64,000 nt of DNA from an uncultured Thermoplasmata archaeon (lineage in GTDB: Archaea; Thermoplasmatota; Thermoplasmata; JAGHBH01): positions 31,681 through 95,680 of the forward strand of contig CAZROC010000003.1 in the NCBI GenBank assembly GCA_964601625.1, written 5' to 3'. This document shows, piece after piece, positions 35,186-43,657 of this stretch. Numbering within the stretch: position 1 is the stretch's first letter; every line of letters starts with the position of its first letter. Position numbers and translations under genes: made by a program. The notes beneath the pieces are model-generated. The model made no database searches. It was not told the origin of the DNA and saw only the letters and a list, made by a program, of their open reading frames with translations.

Positions 35186-37006
35186 TTATCTGTGAGAGTA
35201 TGCCGCCGTTATAATCCCCTCTTCTTCTCCCAGGAGGTTTACAAAGCCGTAACGCTCAAACTGCACAACACCCTCTTTTATTTCCGCGGCTTCGGCTTCC
35301 ACCAGCCCGGTGTCCTCCCCGCCCTCAGGGAGAAGGACCCTGCACTCCACGGTTTCACGTTTCCCTTTCTTGGGGGACACGGGGAGCCAGTGCACGATTT
35401 TTATCCCCTGCCTCAGGACCGAGAGGTCGTTCCCGGTGTATTCAAGGCTGAGGCTAAAATCTGTGTCCATGTCGGGGCCAGATCCTTTCAACCGCACAAC
35501 GAAGTTTGCCAGGTCTTTTAGCCGTATCATTTCGCCGTCCTTGAAAGACCGGACGTCTTTTTCAGCCAGAAAAACACCCAGAGACGGGTTTAGTCGGAGG
35601 GTTCTCTGCCCCCACTCCGGGTGGTCGGGGTGGCGGGGCGGTTTTGCCACCAGGGGATCCCGGGCGCCGAAGATTGACGCTTTTATCGGGCTGGCAACGA
35701 AGAACATCCTCTTGGCAATGGGGTCAACTATCTCCCGGTTGTAGGCGTATAGTGTGTCCCACGAAAAGACTATGTCCACGGGCTTGATGCCCACCTCAAC
35801 CCAGTAGCGCCTGATGGCATCGGGTCTTATCCCCCTCCTGGCCATTGCCCTGAGTGTCCCGAGCCGGACGTCGTCCCAGCCACTGTACTCTCCCTTCTCA
35901 ATGCCCTCTTTTATGGTGGACGTTTTCAGCACCACACCCTCCATGGAAACCCAGCCATAGTGTATGAACACCGGCTCTTTCCATCCCATGTAGCGGTAGA
36001 TGTATTTCTGGCGGAGGGTGTTGTTCAGGTGGTCTTTCCCCCTCAGGACATGGGTCATCCCCATGTGGTGGTCGTCCACCGCCACGGAGAAGTTGTAAAG
36101 GGGATAAACGCGGTACCGTGTGCCTGTCCTTGGGTGCGGTGACTCAACGATTCTCATGGCCACAAAATCCCGGAGGGCCGGGTTCGGATTCGAGAGGTCC
36201 GTTTTTATGACCAGGCTGGCTTCTCCCTCGGCGTATTCGCCTCCGAGCATTTTTTCCCAGTCGTCCAGCTGGTCTTCCACGGGTCTCTCCCGGTGCGGGC
36301 AAGGCTGCTTTTTCAGCTTCATCTCCCGCCATGCCTCGTTTTCACAGGTGCACACATAGGCGGCGCCCTTTTCAAGGAGTTTTCTGGCGACGTCATAATA
36401 TAGCTGGAACCTGTCGCTCTGAAAATAGACCTCATCTGGATGGGCGCCCATCCACTCCATGTCCTCAAGTATCATGTCATAGGCGTCGGGGTCCACCTTT
36501 GTGGGGTTGGTGTCTTCCATGCGAAGGATGAGCTTTCCACGGTACATGCGGACGTACTCGTCGTTCAAAACAACGGCCCGTGTGTGGCCAATGTGGAGTG
36601 GGCCGGAAGGGCCGGGTGCAAAGCGCATGACCACGTTGCCAGGGGTGGCATCCGGTAGAGGGGAGAGGCCTGTCTCCTTTTTCTTCTCCTTTTTCTCAAG
36701 CAGTTCTGGATAGGACTCTTCAAGCAACCGCTTTTGTTCTTCTGGGGGGAGAGAATTAACCTCTTCTACAATTTTTTTTGTGATTGCTGCCATCTCTCTG
36801 GCCATAGGCTTCCACTCGGGGCGCTCTGCCATGACCTTCCCCATGACGGAGCCAACGCTGGCCTTTCCGCCGTAAAGGACGGCGTTCTGGATGGCGAACT
36901 TTTTCACCACCTCATCTATCTCATGCTCAGAGGCGTCTCGCCCGCTATCATCTGGGCTGCCGTTTCGCAGGCCGTCTTTTTTTCGCTTATCTCCCATGTC
37001 TCCCAT
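35186..37006 (-). CDS. gltX: Glutamyl-tRNA synthetase (archaeal type)
   Basis: FAPGPSGPLHIGHTRA (HIGH region) and collinear archaeal GluRS features. Start at ATG 37006, about 29 nt downstream of the TATA-like box. Confidence 0.9.
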   Translation of the reverse strand: MGDMGDKRKKDGLRNGSPDDSGRDASEHEIDEVVKKFAIQNAVLYGGKASVGSVMGKVMAERPEWKPMAREMAAITKKIVEEVNSLPPEEQKRLLEESYPELLEKKEKKKETGLSPLPDATPGNVVMRFAPGPSGPLHIGHTRAVVLNDEYVRMYRGKLILRMEDTNPTKVDPDAYDMILEDMEWMGAHPDEVYFQSDRFQLYYDVARKLLEKGAAYVCTCENEAWREMKLKKQPCPHRERPVEDQLDDWEKMLGGEYAEGEASLVIKTDLSNPNPALRDFVAMRIVESPHPRTGTRYRVYPLYNFSVAVDDHHMGMTHVLRGKDHLNNTLRQKYIYRYMGWKEPVFIHYGWVSMEGVVLKTSTIKEGIEKGEYSGWDDVRLGTLRAMARRGIRPDAIRRYWVEVGIKPVDIVFSWDTLYAYNREIVDPIAKRMFFVASPIKASIFGARDPLVAKPPRHPDHPEWGQRTLRLNPSLGVFLAEKDVRSFKDGEMIRLKDLANFVVRLKGSGPDMDTDFSLSLEYTGNDLSVLRQGIKIVHWLPVSPKKGKRETVECRVLLPEGGEDTGLVEAEAAEIKEGVVQFERYGFVNLLGEEEGIITAAYSHR

Positions 37007-37030
37007 GCGAAAGGGATGGGTTTTTTGTGT

Positions 37031-37039
37031 ATTTAAATG
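37031..37039 (-). promoter_or_regulatory. TATA-like box for gltX
   Basis: The minus strand reads CATTTAAAT, about 29 nt upstream of ATG 37006. Confidence 0.4.
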
Positions 37040-37124
37040 TGACAGAAGCTGTGCCAGCAACTATGCTATTTTTTCCCTTTGACACCCTCCGCTTCACGGT
37101 CACCGTCCCCCGCCGCCTCCATAA

Positions 37125-37133
37125 TTTTTATAG
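37125..37133 (+). promoter_or_regulatory. TATA-like box for the small ORF at 37155
   Basis: TTTTTATAG lies about 26 nt upstream of ATG 37155. Confidence 0.4.
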
Positions 37134-37154
37134 AAAATATCACATTCAGGTCAC

Positions 37155-37307
37155 ATGGGCAAAAAGTGCAAACTCGGAAAAACACCTGAGGCGTACGGCT
37201 ACTGCAGTGAGTGGATTGGCTCAAAAGGGATGACAGCCATGCCCGCTGTTGGCAACATATGTGATTACTGTCTCAACTACGTAGAAGACGAAGACCAGAC
37301 ACCCTGA
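37155..37307 (+). CDS. Small Cys-rich protein (50 aa, putative zinc-binding), not in the ORF track
   Basis: My own translation gives MGKKCKLGKTPEAYGYCSEWIGSKGMTAMPAVGNICDYCLNYVEDEDQTP. It has four Cys (C5, C17, C36, C39). The TATA spacing is ideal for a leaderless mRNA. Its stop abuts the hel308 stop. Confidence 0.4.
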   Translation: MGKKCKLGKTPEAYGYCSEWIGSKGMTAMPAVGNICDYCLNYVEDEDQTP

Positions 37308-39566
37308 TCATGTGAAGTCACCTATCGTCTTCTGGGACCCATGAGCCCCATTCCCGCCCCTGTCTCTCCCACCATCTATCTTTTTACCCTGCCCGGGTGG
37401 TGTTTTTTTATCAGTGGGGAGGTCAACGCCAAAAATCTTCTTAACAACTCCCGGCCCGAAACCCGGGAGGTTCTGTATAACTCGCGGGTCTGCGGATAGC
37501 ACATCTGACAGACTCCGATAACCGTACGCATAGAGTGTCCTGGCGCGCTTCCTTCCAACACCTGGCAGTTTGACAAGGGGGAGAAGCTCCTCCCGTATGC
37601 CATGGGCTACCCTCTTCTCAACCCGCCTGACAGGGCCCTCCATCTCAGGGGCGAAGAGGGATGCTATGGCTTCCATTGCGTGCAACAGCCACCGGGCCGT
37701 CTCAACCCTTGCGTGGACATCTCCCGGCCCAACCCCGAAGCTCTCAGCGAGGGTGTCGTCGTCCTTTTCCTCAATCCAGTCGTAGAGCAGCAGAGCGGTT
37801 TTGACCTCCCTCAAAAACAGTCCGTACTCGTAGCCGTCTTCGGGAACGGGCAAAATCAGGGTGCTGAACAGGGGCTCAAGCCGCTCTTCAACCCGGTCCA
37901 TCTCCCCCGGGGACATGTACAGTTTGAGCATGTCCGGGGTAGCAGATATGGCGTGGAGGATTCCGAAATCAATTTTCGCTCCCCCGCCGCCCACCTTTAA
38001 AATAACAGATGCGCCACGTTCCACGGCCTGTTTGAGAATCACCGCTGACTTCGGGTCTACATAGAGGTTGCTGACCAGTTTACCGAAACGTGTCACGTCA
38101 AAAAACTCGCCATCGCGTGTCAAAAAACCAGTTTCCACGAGAAAAGAGAGGGCTTTTTCCACCTCTTCTTCTATTTCCACAACGTCTCGCTGACACACAT
38201 AAAATGTTCCGCCCAGAAAGTCCATCAACTCATCCACAGTTGAGCACGTGCCCGTTGCGAAAAGCCCGAGGATGTGTTTTCGCAGAGCCGTGGCAACACC
38301 GAGTTTTGAGTATATCTCCTCCGGTTCTCCCAGGACATACCTCTCCATCAACCCCCAGACGTCTCTCTCTTTTCTGGCAACGATTATAGCCTCCCCATAG
38401 GGATCAAGGCCTGGCCGCCCCGCACGGCCGCACATCTGTTTTACCTCAAGGACGGGAATGTACCCGCTTCCAAAGTCGGGGTCATAGCGCCGGACATCCC
38501 TTATTATGACGCGTCTGGCGGGCATGTTTATGCCCGCAGCCAGGGTGGGTGTGGCAACAACACATTTGACAGACCCGCTCCGAAACGCTCTCTCAACGAG
38601 TCGCCGCTGAGAAGAGGACAGGCCGGCGTGGTGGAAAGCAACACCGCGGGACATACACCACACCAGCCGGCGGTGGAGAGAACTGGCCTCTTCAACATCC
38701 ACTTCTCCCATCATCACGTCTTCTCCTGGAGCGCCCTCGCCAACCTCAACACCGAGGTTTAGAGCTATTCGTCTGGCCTCCGCCTCAGCCGATTTTCTGC
38801 TGGAAACAAAAACTAGGACCTGACCGCCCTCCTCAACGATCTCCCGGACCATCCCAAGAACCTTGCTCTCCCCCCCGGGGTATTTCACAGGCCTCTCCTC
38901 GCCATCGGAGAAATGCAGCCTGTTGGCGAAAAAAACACCCTCCCGGAGAGGGGTCGGCCGCCACTCGCTCTTCACCAGCACGGCGTCCAGCCAGACCGCT
39001 ATGTCCATGGCGTTTGAAATCGTCGCAGATAGAGCTATGATTTGCGCACCCGGGCTCAGGTGTCTCAGGCGGGCAAGGAGGACCTCCATTGTTGGCCCCC
39101 TGTCAGGGTCGTTCACCAGATGGACCTCGTCTGCCACTATGACTCCCACGCTCTTTCCCCATCGCTCCCTGTGGCGGAGTATTGAGTCTGCTTTTTCGCT
39201 TGTGGTCACCAGAATGTCATAGTTCTCAACTCCCTCCTCCACCATATCAACGTCTCCTATGCTCATGCCCACTTTTATGCCCAGAGAGGAGAATTCTGCC
39301 ATGTCCTCGTATTTTTCCTGCGCCAGAGCTTTTAGAGGGACTATATAAACACCTTTTTTCCCCGAAAGAACGCCCTGCAGAAGAGCCAGATATGCTATCA
39401 GCGACTTGCCGCTGGCAGTTGGAGCAGCCACGACAACGTTTTTTCCGCCCAGAACGTGGGGGATCGCCTCGGCCTGTGGGGGATAGAGGGAACGTATTCC
39501 CTTTGACAGGAAGAGGTCAACTATGCGGCGGTCAACTCCGAGTTCTGTCAGGTCTCCGACCATCAT
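37308..39566 (-). CDS. hel308: Hel308/Hjm (Ski2-like) DNA helicase
   Basis: LYPPQAEA, APTASGKS (Walker A), DEVH, SAT and HHAGL motifs, plus C-terminal Hel308 domains. Start at ATG 39566 (MMVGDLTEL) rather than 39731. Confidence 0.9.
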   Translation of the reverse strand: MMVGDLTELGVDRRIVDLFLSKGIRSLYPPQAEAIPHVLGGKNVVVAAPTASGKSLIAYLALLQGVLSGKKGVYIVPLKALAQEKYEDMAEFSSLGIKVGMSIGDVDMVEEGVENYDILVTTSEKADSILRHRERWGKSVGVIVADEVHLVNDPDRGPTMEVLLARLRHLSPGAQIIALSATISNAMDIAVWLDAVLVKSEWRPTPLREGVFFANRLHFSDGEERPVKYPGGESKVLGMVREIVEEGGQVLVFVSSRKSAEAEARRIALNLGVEVGEGAPGEDVMMGEVDVEEASSLHRRLVWCMSRGVAFHHAGLSSSQRRLVERAFRSGSVKCVVATPTLAAGINMPARRVIIRDVRRYDPDFGSGYIPVLEVKQMCGRAGRPGLDPYGEAIIVARKERDVWGLMERYVLGEPEEIYSKLGVATALRKHILGLFATGTCSTVDELMDFLGGTFYVCQRDVVEIEEEVEKALSFLVETGFLTRDGEFFDVTRFGKLVSNLYVDPKSAVILKQAVERGASVILKVGGGGAKIDFGILHAISATPDMLKLYMSPGEMDRVEERLEPLFSTLILPVPEDGYEYGLFLREVKTALLLYDWIEEKDDDTLAESFGVGPGDVHARVETARWLLHAMEAIASLFAPEMEGPVRRVEKRVAHGIREELLPLVKLPGVGRKRARTLYAYGYRSLSDVLSADPRVIQNLPGFGPGVVKKIFGVDLPTDKKTPPGQGKKIDGGRDRGGNGAHGSQKTIGDFT

Positions 39567-39589
39567 CGGATTCTGGTCTGTTCTGGCGG

Positions 39590-39596
39590 TATAAAG
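39590..39596 (-). promoter_or_regulatory. TATA-like box for hel308
   Basis: The minus strand reads CTTTATA, about 27 nt upstream of ATG 39566. Confidence 0.4.
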
Positions 39597-39724
39597 ATTT
39601 TTGGGGTGCAGGAGCGGGAAATGAAAGTGATGAATAAAGGTGATTGACGGATGAGGGTGATGAAGCAACGGAACCATTTTTGTCCCACAAAAAATCCTTA
39701 AACCCCGCCCGTGTTGGGTGTCCC

Positions 39725-40336
39725 ATGGCAAAGCGCACGTTCGTTGTCGTCGGTCACAAAGTTTCCACAGCCCCGGACTTCACGCTGGATGACCTGGCCG
39801 GTTCTACTGGACGACTTGACATCCTGCTCCGGGCCATACACTCTGCGCTCCTCATATCCCATGGAGTGCGTCGGGACTCGGAGATATACCTAGTGCTCCG
39901 GGGACCCCCGGACCCGCCAATAACACTACGCGTAGATGGTGAAAAAGTCCGGTATCTCAACCCGGACGAACGCAGCACCGGGGCACTGGTCAGACAGGCA
40001 CTGATAAAAGCCAGAAAGCTCGGGTCCGAAACCGGGTCCGAGTGGATGGAGAGCACGCCCGGTTTTTTTGTGTCCAGAAAGGGGCTGGGGGATGTGCTGG
40101 ATCTCTTTGAAAAAAGGGACCTGATTTACCTACACGAAAAAGGAGAGGACATAAGAGGCGTGGATTTGAGCGGAGAAGAAGTGTATCTTCTGAGCGACCA
40201 CGTTGATTTCACCCCCGAAGAGGAGAATCTCATTGAAAAAAAAGGCGCCAGGCGTATCTCGCTCGGGCCAGTGAACCTTCACACCCACCACGCTATAATA
40301 CTGGTTCACAACGAACTGGACCGCAGGGGGGTCTGA
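39725..40336 (+). CDS. trmY: tRNA (pseudouridine54-N1)-methyltransferase TrmY (SPOUT, DUF358)
   Basis: GRLDILLRAI, YLNPDERS, STPGFFVSR, LSDHVDF and ISLGPVNLHTHHAI are collinear with M. jannaschii TrmY. Start at ATG 39725. Confidence 0.75.
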   Translation: MAKRTFVVVGHKVSTAPDFTLDDLAGSTGRLDILLRAIHSALLISHGVRRDSEIYLVLRGPPDPPITLRVDGEKVRYLNPDERSTGALVRQALIKARKLGSETGSEWMESTPGFFVSRKGLGDVLDLFEKRDLIYLHEKGEDIRGVDLSGEEVYLLSDHVDFTPEEENLIEKKGARRISLGPVNLHTHHAIILVHNELDRRGV

Positions 40337-42441
40337 GAAAAACCGCCGTCCTGGTTGTCTGTGTGGCGCCAGACATAAACAAACCTGCCGGTTGAACCGT
40401 CTATGAGGCACTTCATGGTCCCATCCTTTTTCTCCAGGAAAAAACCGAACCGGGTTATGCCGCCGTAGAAACCGGGAGAGAGTGCGCCGGAAAAAAAACC
40501 AGAGGGGTCTGGCTGTGTGACATTCGCCTCTGTGCCCAGCCACACGTCGTTTCGCACCTCTCCGCCGGAAAAAAAGTTTGAGAGAACTTCGTCTGACTGC
40601 TTAAAGACCTCCTCCGCGCCCCCATACGAAAGGATATCTCCTATTTCTTCCCTGCTGTAAACCTCTCTTCCGCCGCCTCCCCATTCCTCAAAAAGACAGT
40701 TCCCTCCTCCGGATAGACGTGTGACGTTAACAGTGTAGCCCTCCCCTCTTGGTGTTGAGACGGTTATGTTCCAGTAGTCAACGTTTGCCGAGAAGTTTTT
40801 GCCGTATCTGGTAAAAGAGACATATGCGTCCGGGTGGGCTGAGACAAAATCTCCCATGGCGGTGTTGTTAGCAGCGGCATCTATGGCGTCTCTGGCGGCG
40901 AAATCCGCTGGTATGCTAGAAGACGCTGATGAGACGACACGCGGAGGCACGATGGTGAGCGATGTGACCTCTTCCTCCAGAGAGGGTATTTTTTCCAGAA
41001 AACTCGTATAACACGGGGCGGTGTCTGTGCCAAAGGTTATCTCCGTCCCCCCGGGATAGATCTCGCTGGCAGTGGACACCGCCAAGGTCTCCGTTTTGTT
41101 GCCGTTCAAATTTTGTTTGACGTGAAGACGTGTGTATACTGAAAAAAAGGTCTCGTTGACAACCCATATCTCCATCTCAAACGCCTCTATTCCAAGTGCC
41201 GTCTTTGTCTCTTCGTCAACTGTGACGTCCAGAACCAGGGCGGGTGCTCCTTTGAAGTTTTCCGCCCGAATGGCGTGCCAGTCGTATGCCACGCCGCCAA
41301 CCTTTTTGACCGCTCTCTCTCCCAGCCAGAAGGTCCTGTTCTCTCTGAGAACAGCGGGATACACGGGCGGTGTCTCTTCTCCCGGCGCAGGATAAAATGT
41401 CACCCTGTCAATAGAAGTTATCTCTTTTTCTTTGGAAGCAAAACTGAAGTAAAAAGAGGAGCGGGAAACAGTCTGACGCTGGATAACCGTCCTGTTGTTC
41501 TTTTCCAGAAAATTTGACTCCACTATCCTCACGTCTCCCGACACACGCACACTCCCGGATGAGGTGGCTATGCGCCCTTCAACGCCGAGGTTCTGGGTGC
41601 GGGAGAGGTTTACTGCCGCATGTTTTTCCATGAAACCATCTTCCACCCCGCCCACGTTCTCCCAGTCAGACATCTTTCTTTCAGATGTGCCGTTGGCCCA
41701 GAACCAGACCTCTTTTACAGTCACTTTCTGTCCGTTATGTGTGGTGGAATATATGCCATCGGGGTTCCTCGCGTGGAAGAAGTTCTGTTCGTTATAAGAA
41801 ACGACCTCCCCTTCGCGCTCCGATGGGAGTACTATCTGGAGCGGCGACACACGGAGGTTACGGCTGGTTGTGTACTCCCGCCCATGCTCGTCCACGACTG
41901 TCAGGAGCACCCTGTACGTGCCCGCCGTTTTGTAGTATTTCTCAACCTTTTCACCGGTGGCGTTTGTCCCGTCACCGAAGTCCCACAAGTATTTCTGTAT
42001 GGGCGTTGAGGCTTCGGCTTTGAAAGATATGACCTTGCCCGCGATGGCCGTGGACGGGCATACTATCCGGGGCGAAGGTGGTCTGTACTCGTAGTAAAAA
42101 ACCGTGCCGACAAATAACAGGACGACGAGGAGAACCAGCAGGGACGTTTTCTTTTTACCTGTGGAGGGGGGCTTTTTTCTCACCTTTTCCCCCGGGCCAC
42201 CCCCGGGTTCCATGTCTTTTTTCGCCACCCGGCGTCTGTCCTCTTTTTTTTCAGTGTCCTCCGGGGGGGCTATTTCTATGGTCACAAAATCCCCGTCCAA
42301 TGTTTTTCCGGTTTCATCGTCCAGCCCATCTTCTTCAATGCGCTCCAGAAAAGAGGTATCTTCTCCTACCCGGATAAAAATCTCATCTCCCCCAGCATCG
42401 TCTCCACGGTGTTCCACATGGCGGTCTGTTATGTCCACCAT
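40306..42441 (-). CDS. Type II membrane protein with a PKD domain and a large uncharacterised ectodomain
   Basis: Acidic cytoplasmic N-terminus and TM LLVLLVVLLFVGTVFYY. PKD signature (WDFGDGT..G..V.H.Y...G.Y.V.L.V). About 500 aa more with many N-x-S/T sequons. Confidence 0.6.
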   Translation of the reverse strand: MVDITDRHVEHRGDDAGGDEIFIRVGEDTSFLERIEEDGLDDETGKTLDGDFVTIEIAPPEDTEKKEDRRRVAKKDMEPGGGPGEKVRKKPPSTGKKKTSLLVLLVVLLFVGTVFYYEYRPPSPRIVCPSTAIAGKVISFKAEASTPIQKYLWDFGDGTNATGEKVEKYYKTAGTYRVLLTVVDEHGREYTTSRNLRVSPLQIVLPSEREGEVVSYNEQNFFHARNPDGIYSTTHNGQKVTVKEVWFWANGTSERKMSDWENVGGVEDGFMEKHAAVNLSRTQNLGVEGRIATSSGSVRVSGDVRIVESNFLEKNNRTVIQRQTVSRSSFYFSFASKEKEITSIDRVTFYPAPGEETPPVYPAVLRENRTFWLGERAVKKVGGVAYDWHAIRAENFKGAPALVLDVTVDEETKTALGIEAFEMEIWVVNETFFSVYTRLHVKQNLNGNKTETLAVSTASEIYPGGTEITFGTDTAPCYTSFLEKIPSLEEEVTSLTIVPPRVVSSASSSIPADFAARDAIDAAANNTAMGDFVSAHPDAYVSFTRYGKNFSANVDYWNITVSTPRGEGYTVNVTRLSGGGNCLFEEWGGGGREVYSREEIGDILSYGGAEEVFKQSDEVLSNFFSGGEVRNDVWLGTEANVTQPDPSGFFSGALSPGFYGGITRFGFFLEKKDGTMKCLIDGSTGRFVYVWRHTDNQDGGFSQTPLRSSSL

Positions 42442-42466
42442 AACAAGCCCAGCCAGCGTTCCAAGT

Positions 42467-43609
42467 TTATTTTAGGAGGGACATGGCCTTTTTTATTCTT
42501 GCCACTCCCTCTTTTATGTTGTTAAGCGAGTTGGCATAGGAGAAACGTATGTGTCCCTCGCCCCGCTCTCCAAAAGCTCTTCCTGGAGTGGAAAGCACCC
42601 CGTGTCTGAGGAGGTGCATGGCGACGTCCTCCGATTTAATATCTCTCCCACCATCTGGGAGGTTTATCCTGGGAAAGACATAAAAGGCGCCCTGGGGGTG
42701 GTAGGTCTCAAACTCTTCCATTTCCTGGAGGGCGGAGACGATATAATCCCTCCTCTTTTTGAACTCCTCAACCATCCTCCTGACAGGGTCCTGCGGCCCC
42801 CTGAGAGCGGCCAGAGCGGCGTACTGTGTTGGGGTCGGAGGACACGCCACCGTGTAATAATGTATCTTTGCCACCTGGTCCAGCAGTTCTTTTTCGGCGT
42901 ATATGTATCCCATTCTCCAGCCGGTCATGGCGTATGTCTTAGAAAAAGAGTTGACATAGACGTGGTTTTCCACCCTGCCCAGAAAGGATATGTGCTCTGC
43001 GTCGTATATTATTTCGTCATAGACCTCGTCCGACACAACAAAGAGGCCGTGGTCGTTGGCTATGTCCGATATCATCTTAACGATTTCCGCGTTAAACACC
43101 GTTCCCGTGGGGTTGGAGGGCGTGTTCACGATTATCCCCTTTGTTTTTGGGCTCAAAAGCCCCAGGAGGGTGTCCTGATCCGGGAGAAAACCGTTTTCGT
43201 ATAGCAGCGGGTACCTCACCGGTTTCGCCCCCGAAAGGAAAACGTGTGAATCGTACAGCACAAAGCCCGGGTCCGGGACAAGAACCTCGTCCCCCTCTTC
43301 AAATAGGGACTGACACGCCGAAAAGAGTCCCTCGGTGGCACTCACCGTTACCAAGATGTTTTCGGCGTCCACATCTTTTTTCCAGCGGTGGAGTCTCCTG
43401 GCAATCGCCTCTCTGAGTTCGGGGATTCCCCTCGTGGGCCCGTACTTGTTTTTTCCGCTCTCAAGCGCCTTTTTGTACGCTTCTACCACGTGCTCTGGCG
43501 GCTGGAAATCTGGCTCTCCAAGGCCCAGCATAACCGTGTTCCCGTCGGCCATCTCAAACATGCGCCGTATACCTGACATGCGTATACGTTCAACTCTTCG
43601 GGACAACAT
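42467..43609 (-). CDS. Class I/II pyridoxal-phosphate-dependent aminotransferase (aspartate aminotransferase-like)
   Basis: IRMSGIRRMF, LGLGEPDF, NPTG and SFSKTYAMTGWR (PLP lysine) motifs. Confidence 0.85.
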   Translation of the reverse strand: MLSRRVERIRMSGIRRMFEMADGNTVMLGLGEPDFQPPEHVVEAYKKALESGKNKYGPTRGIPELREAIARRLHRWKKDVDAENILVTVSATEGLFSACQSLFEEGDEVLVPDPGFVLYDSHVFLSGAKPVRYPLLYENGFLPDQDTLLGLLSPKTKGIIVNTPSNPTGTVFNAEIVKMISDIANDHGLFVVSDEVYDEIIYDAEHISFLGRVENHVYVNSFSKTYAMTGWRMGYIYAEKELLDQVAKIHYYTVACPPTPTQYAALAALRGPQDPVRRMVEEFKKRRDYIVSALQEMEEFETYHPQGAFYVFPRINLPDGGRDIKSEDVAMHLLRHGVLSTPGRAFGERGEGHIRFSYANSLNNIKEGVARIKKAMSLLK

Positions 43610-43657
43610 CTTAAACCAACCTCTTGCTCAACCTTACTTCTCCTTACGTCGCTCTCC

